Source: Squalus acanthias
Lineage: Eukaryota
Direction: 5' to 3'
Assembly: GCA_030390025.1 (NCBI GenBank)
Contig: JASTWF010000357.1
Coordinates: forward strand, 124,001 to 188,000
Length of the DNA stretch: 64,000 bases
Below, in pieces: positions 63,058-64,000 of the stretch. Made by a program: the position numbers and the translations under genes. Position 1 is the first letter of the stretch. Each line of letters starts with the position of its first letter. Below the pieces are notes generated by a model that was given only the letters and a program-made list of their open reading frames with translations, ran no database searches and was not told the origin of the DNA.

Positions 63058-64000
63058 AGGGTCTTCCTGAGTAACAGTGTGACTCCAGGGAGCCAACCCG
63101 AGTGGGGCTGGGCTGAGAGGCAGGTGGGGCACTGGAAGAGCAGAACGATAGTGGTGGGAGATGTTATAGTCAGCGTAATGGACAGAGTTGCCTGCAGCCC
63201 TGAGCGAAGAGGATGTGAAGAGGCTTCAAGGGGATCTCGACAGGTTTAGTGAGTGGGCGAGAACATGGCAGATGGAATATAATGTGGATAAATGTGAAGT
63301 TCTCCACCTTGGTAGAAAAAACAGAAAGGCAGAGTATTTCCTCAATGGTGAAAGATTGGGGAATGCAGATGCTCAAAGGGATCTGGGTGGCCTTGTACAT
63401 GAGTCACTGAAAGTGAATGTGCAGGTGCAGCAAGCCATTAGGAAGGCAAATGGTATGCTGGCCTTCATTACAAGAGGATTTGAGTACAGGAGTAAAGAAG
63501 TCTTACTCCAATTATATAGGGCCTTGGTGAGACCACACCTGGAGTACTGTGTACAAGTTTGGTATCCTGACCTAAGGAAGGATATACTTGCCATATTGGG
63601 AGTGCAATGAAGGTTCACGAGATTGATTCCTGGGATGGCGGGACTGTTGTAGGAGAAGAGATTGAGTAAACTAGGCCTGTATTCTCTTGAATTCAGAAGA
63701 ATGAGAGGGGATCTCATTGAAGCATACAAAATTATTACAGGGCATAACCTGTATGTGCGGGTTAGGTTGATTTGGCTATGATAAATTGACCCTTAGTGTT
63801 AGGGGGGGATTAAATATGTGGGGTTATGGGGATAGGATGGGATATGTTAGGGGGAATTAAATACGTGGGGTTACGGGGTTAGGGTGGGATATGTGTACTG
63901 TGGGGATTAAAGCAGGGACAGGGTACTGGATTTGGATGATCAGCCATGATCGTATTGAATGGTGGAGCAGGCTCGACGGGCCGAATGGCCTACTCCTGCT
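63058..64000 (+). mobile_element. Decayed CR1 (ORF1 fragment fused to late ORF2, then 3'UTR)
   Basis: RTIVVGDVIVSVMDR (ORF1 GDS block) joins EEDVKRLQGDLDR...YNVDKCEV...RPHLEYC. In-frame stops. 3'UTR GCAGGCTCGACGGGCCGAATGGCCTACTCCTGCT runs to the window end. Confidence 0.88.
63750..63890 (+). mobile_element. HE1/V-SINE-like fragment interrupting the decayed CR1
   Basis: GTGCGGGTTAGGTTGATTTGGCTATGATAAATTGACCCTTAGTG resembles the V-SINE core as I recall it; it replaces the expected ORF2 C-terminal sequence. Confidence 0.5.

Noticed and set aside
63760..63890. Telomeric TTAGGG repeats
   Set aside because: Only isolated hexamers within a SINE-like fragment, not a tandem array.

Overview
Eukaryotic vertebrate repeat-rich DNA, most likely from a shark or other cartilaginous fish (inferred from CR1/HER1-type LINE tails and HE1-SINE-like sequence). 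About 51 kb (4.4-55.5 kb) is a composite array. Its 42/45-bp monomer is homologous to the CR1 3'-terminal hairpin plus TTCTATGT tail. It is interrupted about 36 times by a ~150-bp module copied from the 5' end of a near-full-length CR1. Two near-identical copies of that CR1 (minus strand, 45,951 bp apart) and three copies of a 5'-truncated second CR1 subfamily (plus strand) sit inside the satellite with short TSDs, amplified by 5.7-kb, 6-7-kb and ~46-kb duplications. To the right lie a G-rich 22-bp satellite and a CpG-rich promoter-like region built from CRE/GC-box and NRF1-like tandem repeats. These are followed by the probable first coding exon of a host gene (resembling shark NLR N-termini, from recall). 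The last 3 kb is a decayed CR1 whose ORF1 has expanded into a 98-bp satellite. The long repetitive ORFs in the track are by-products of monomer lengths that are multiples of 3.
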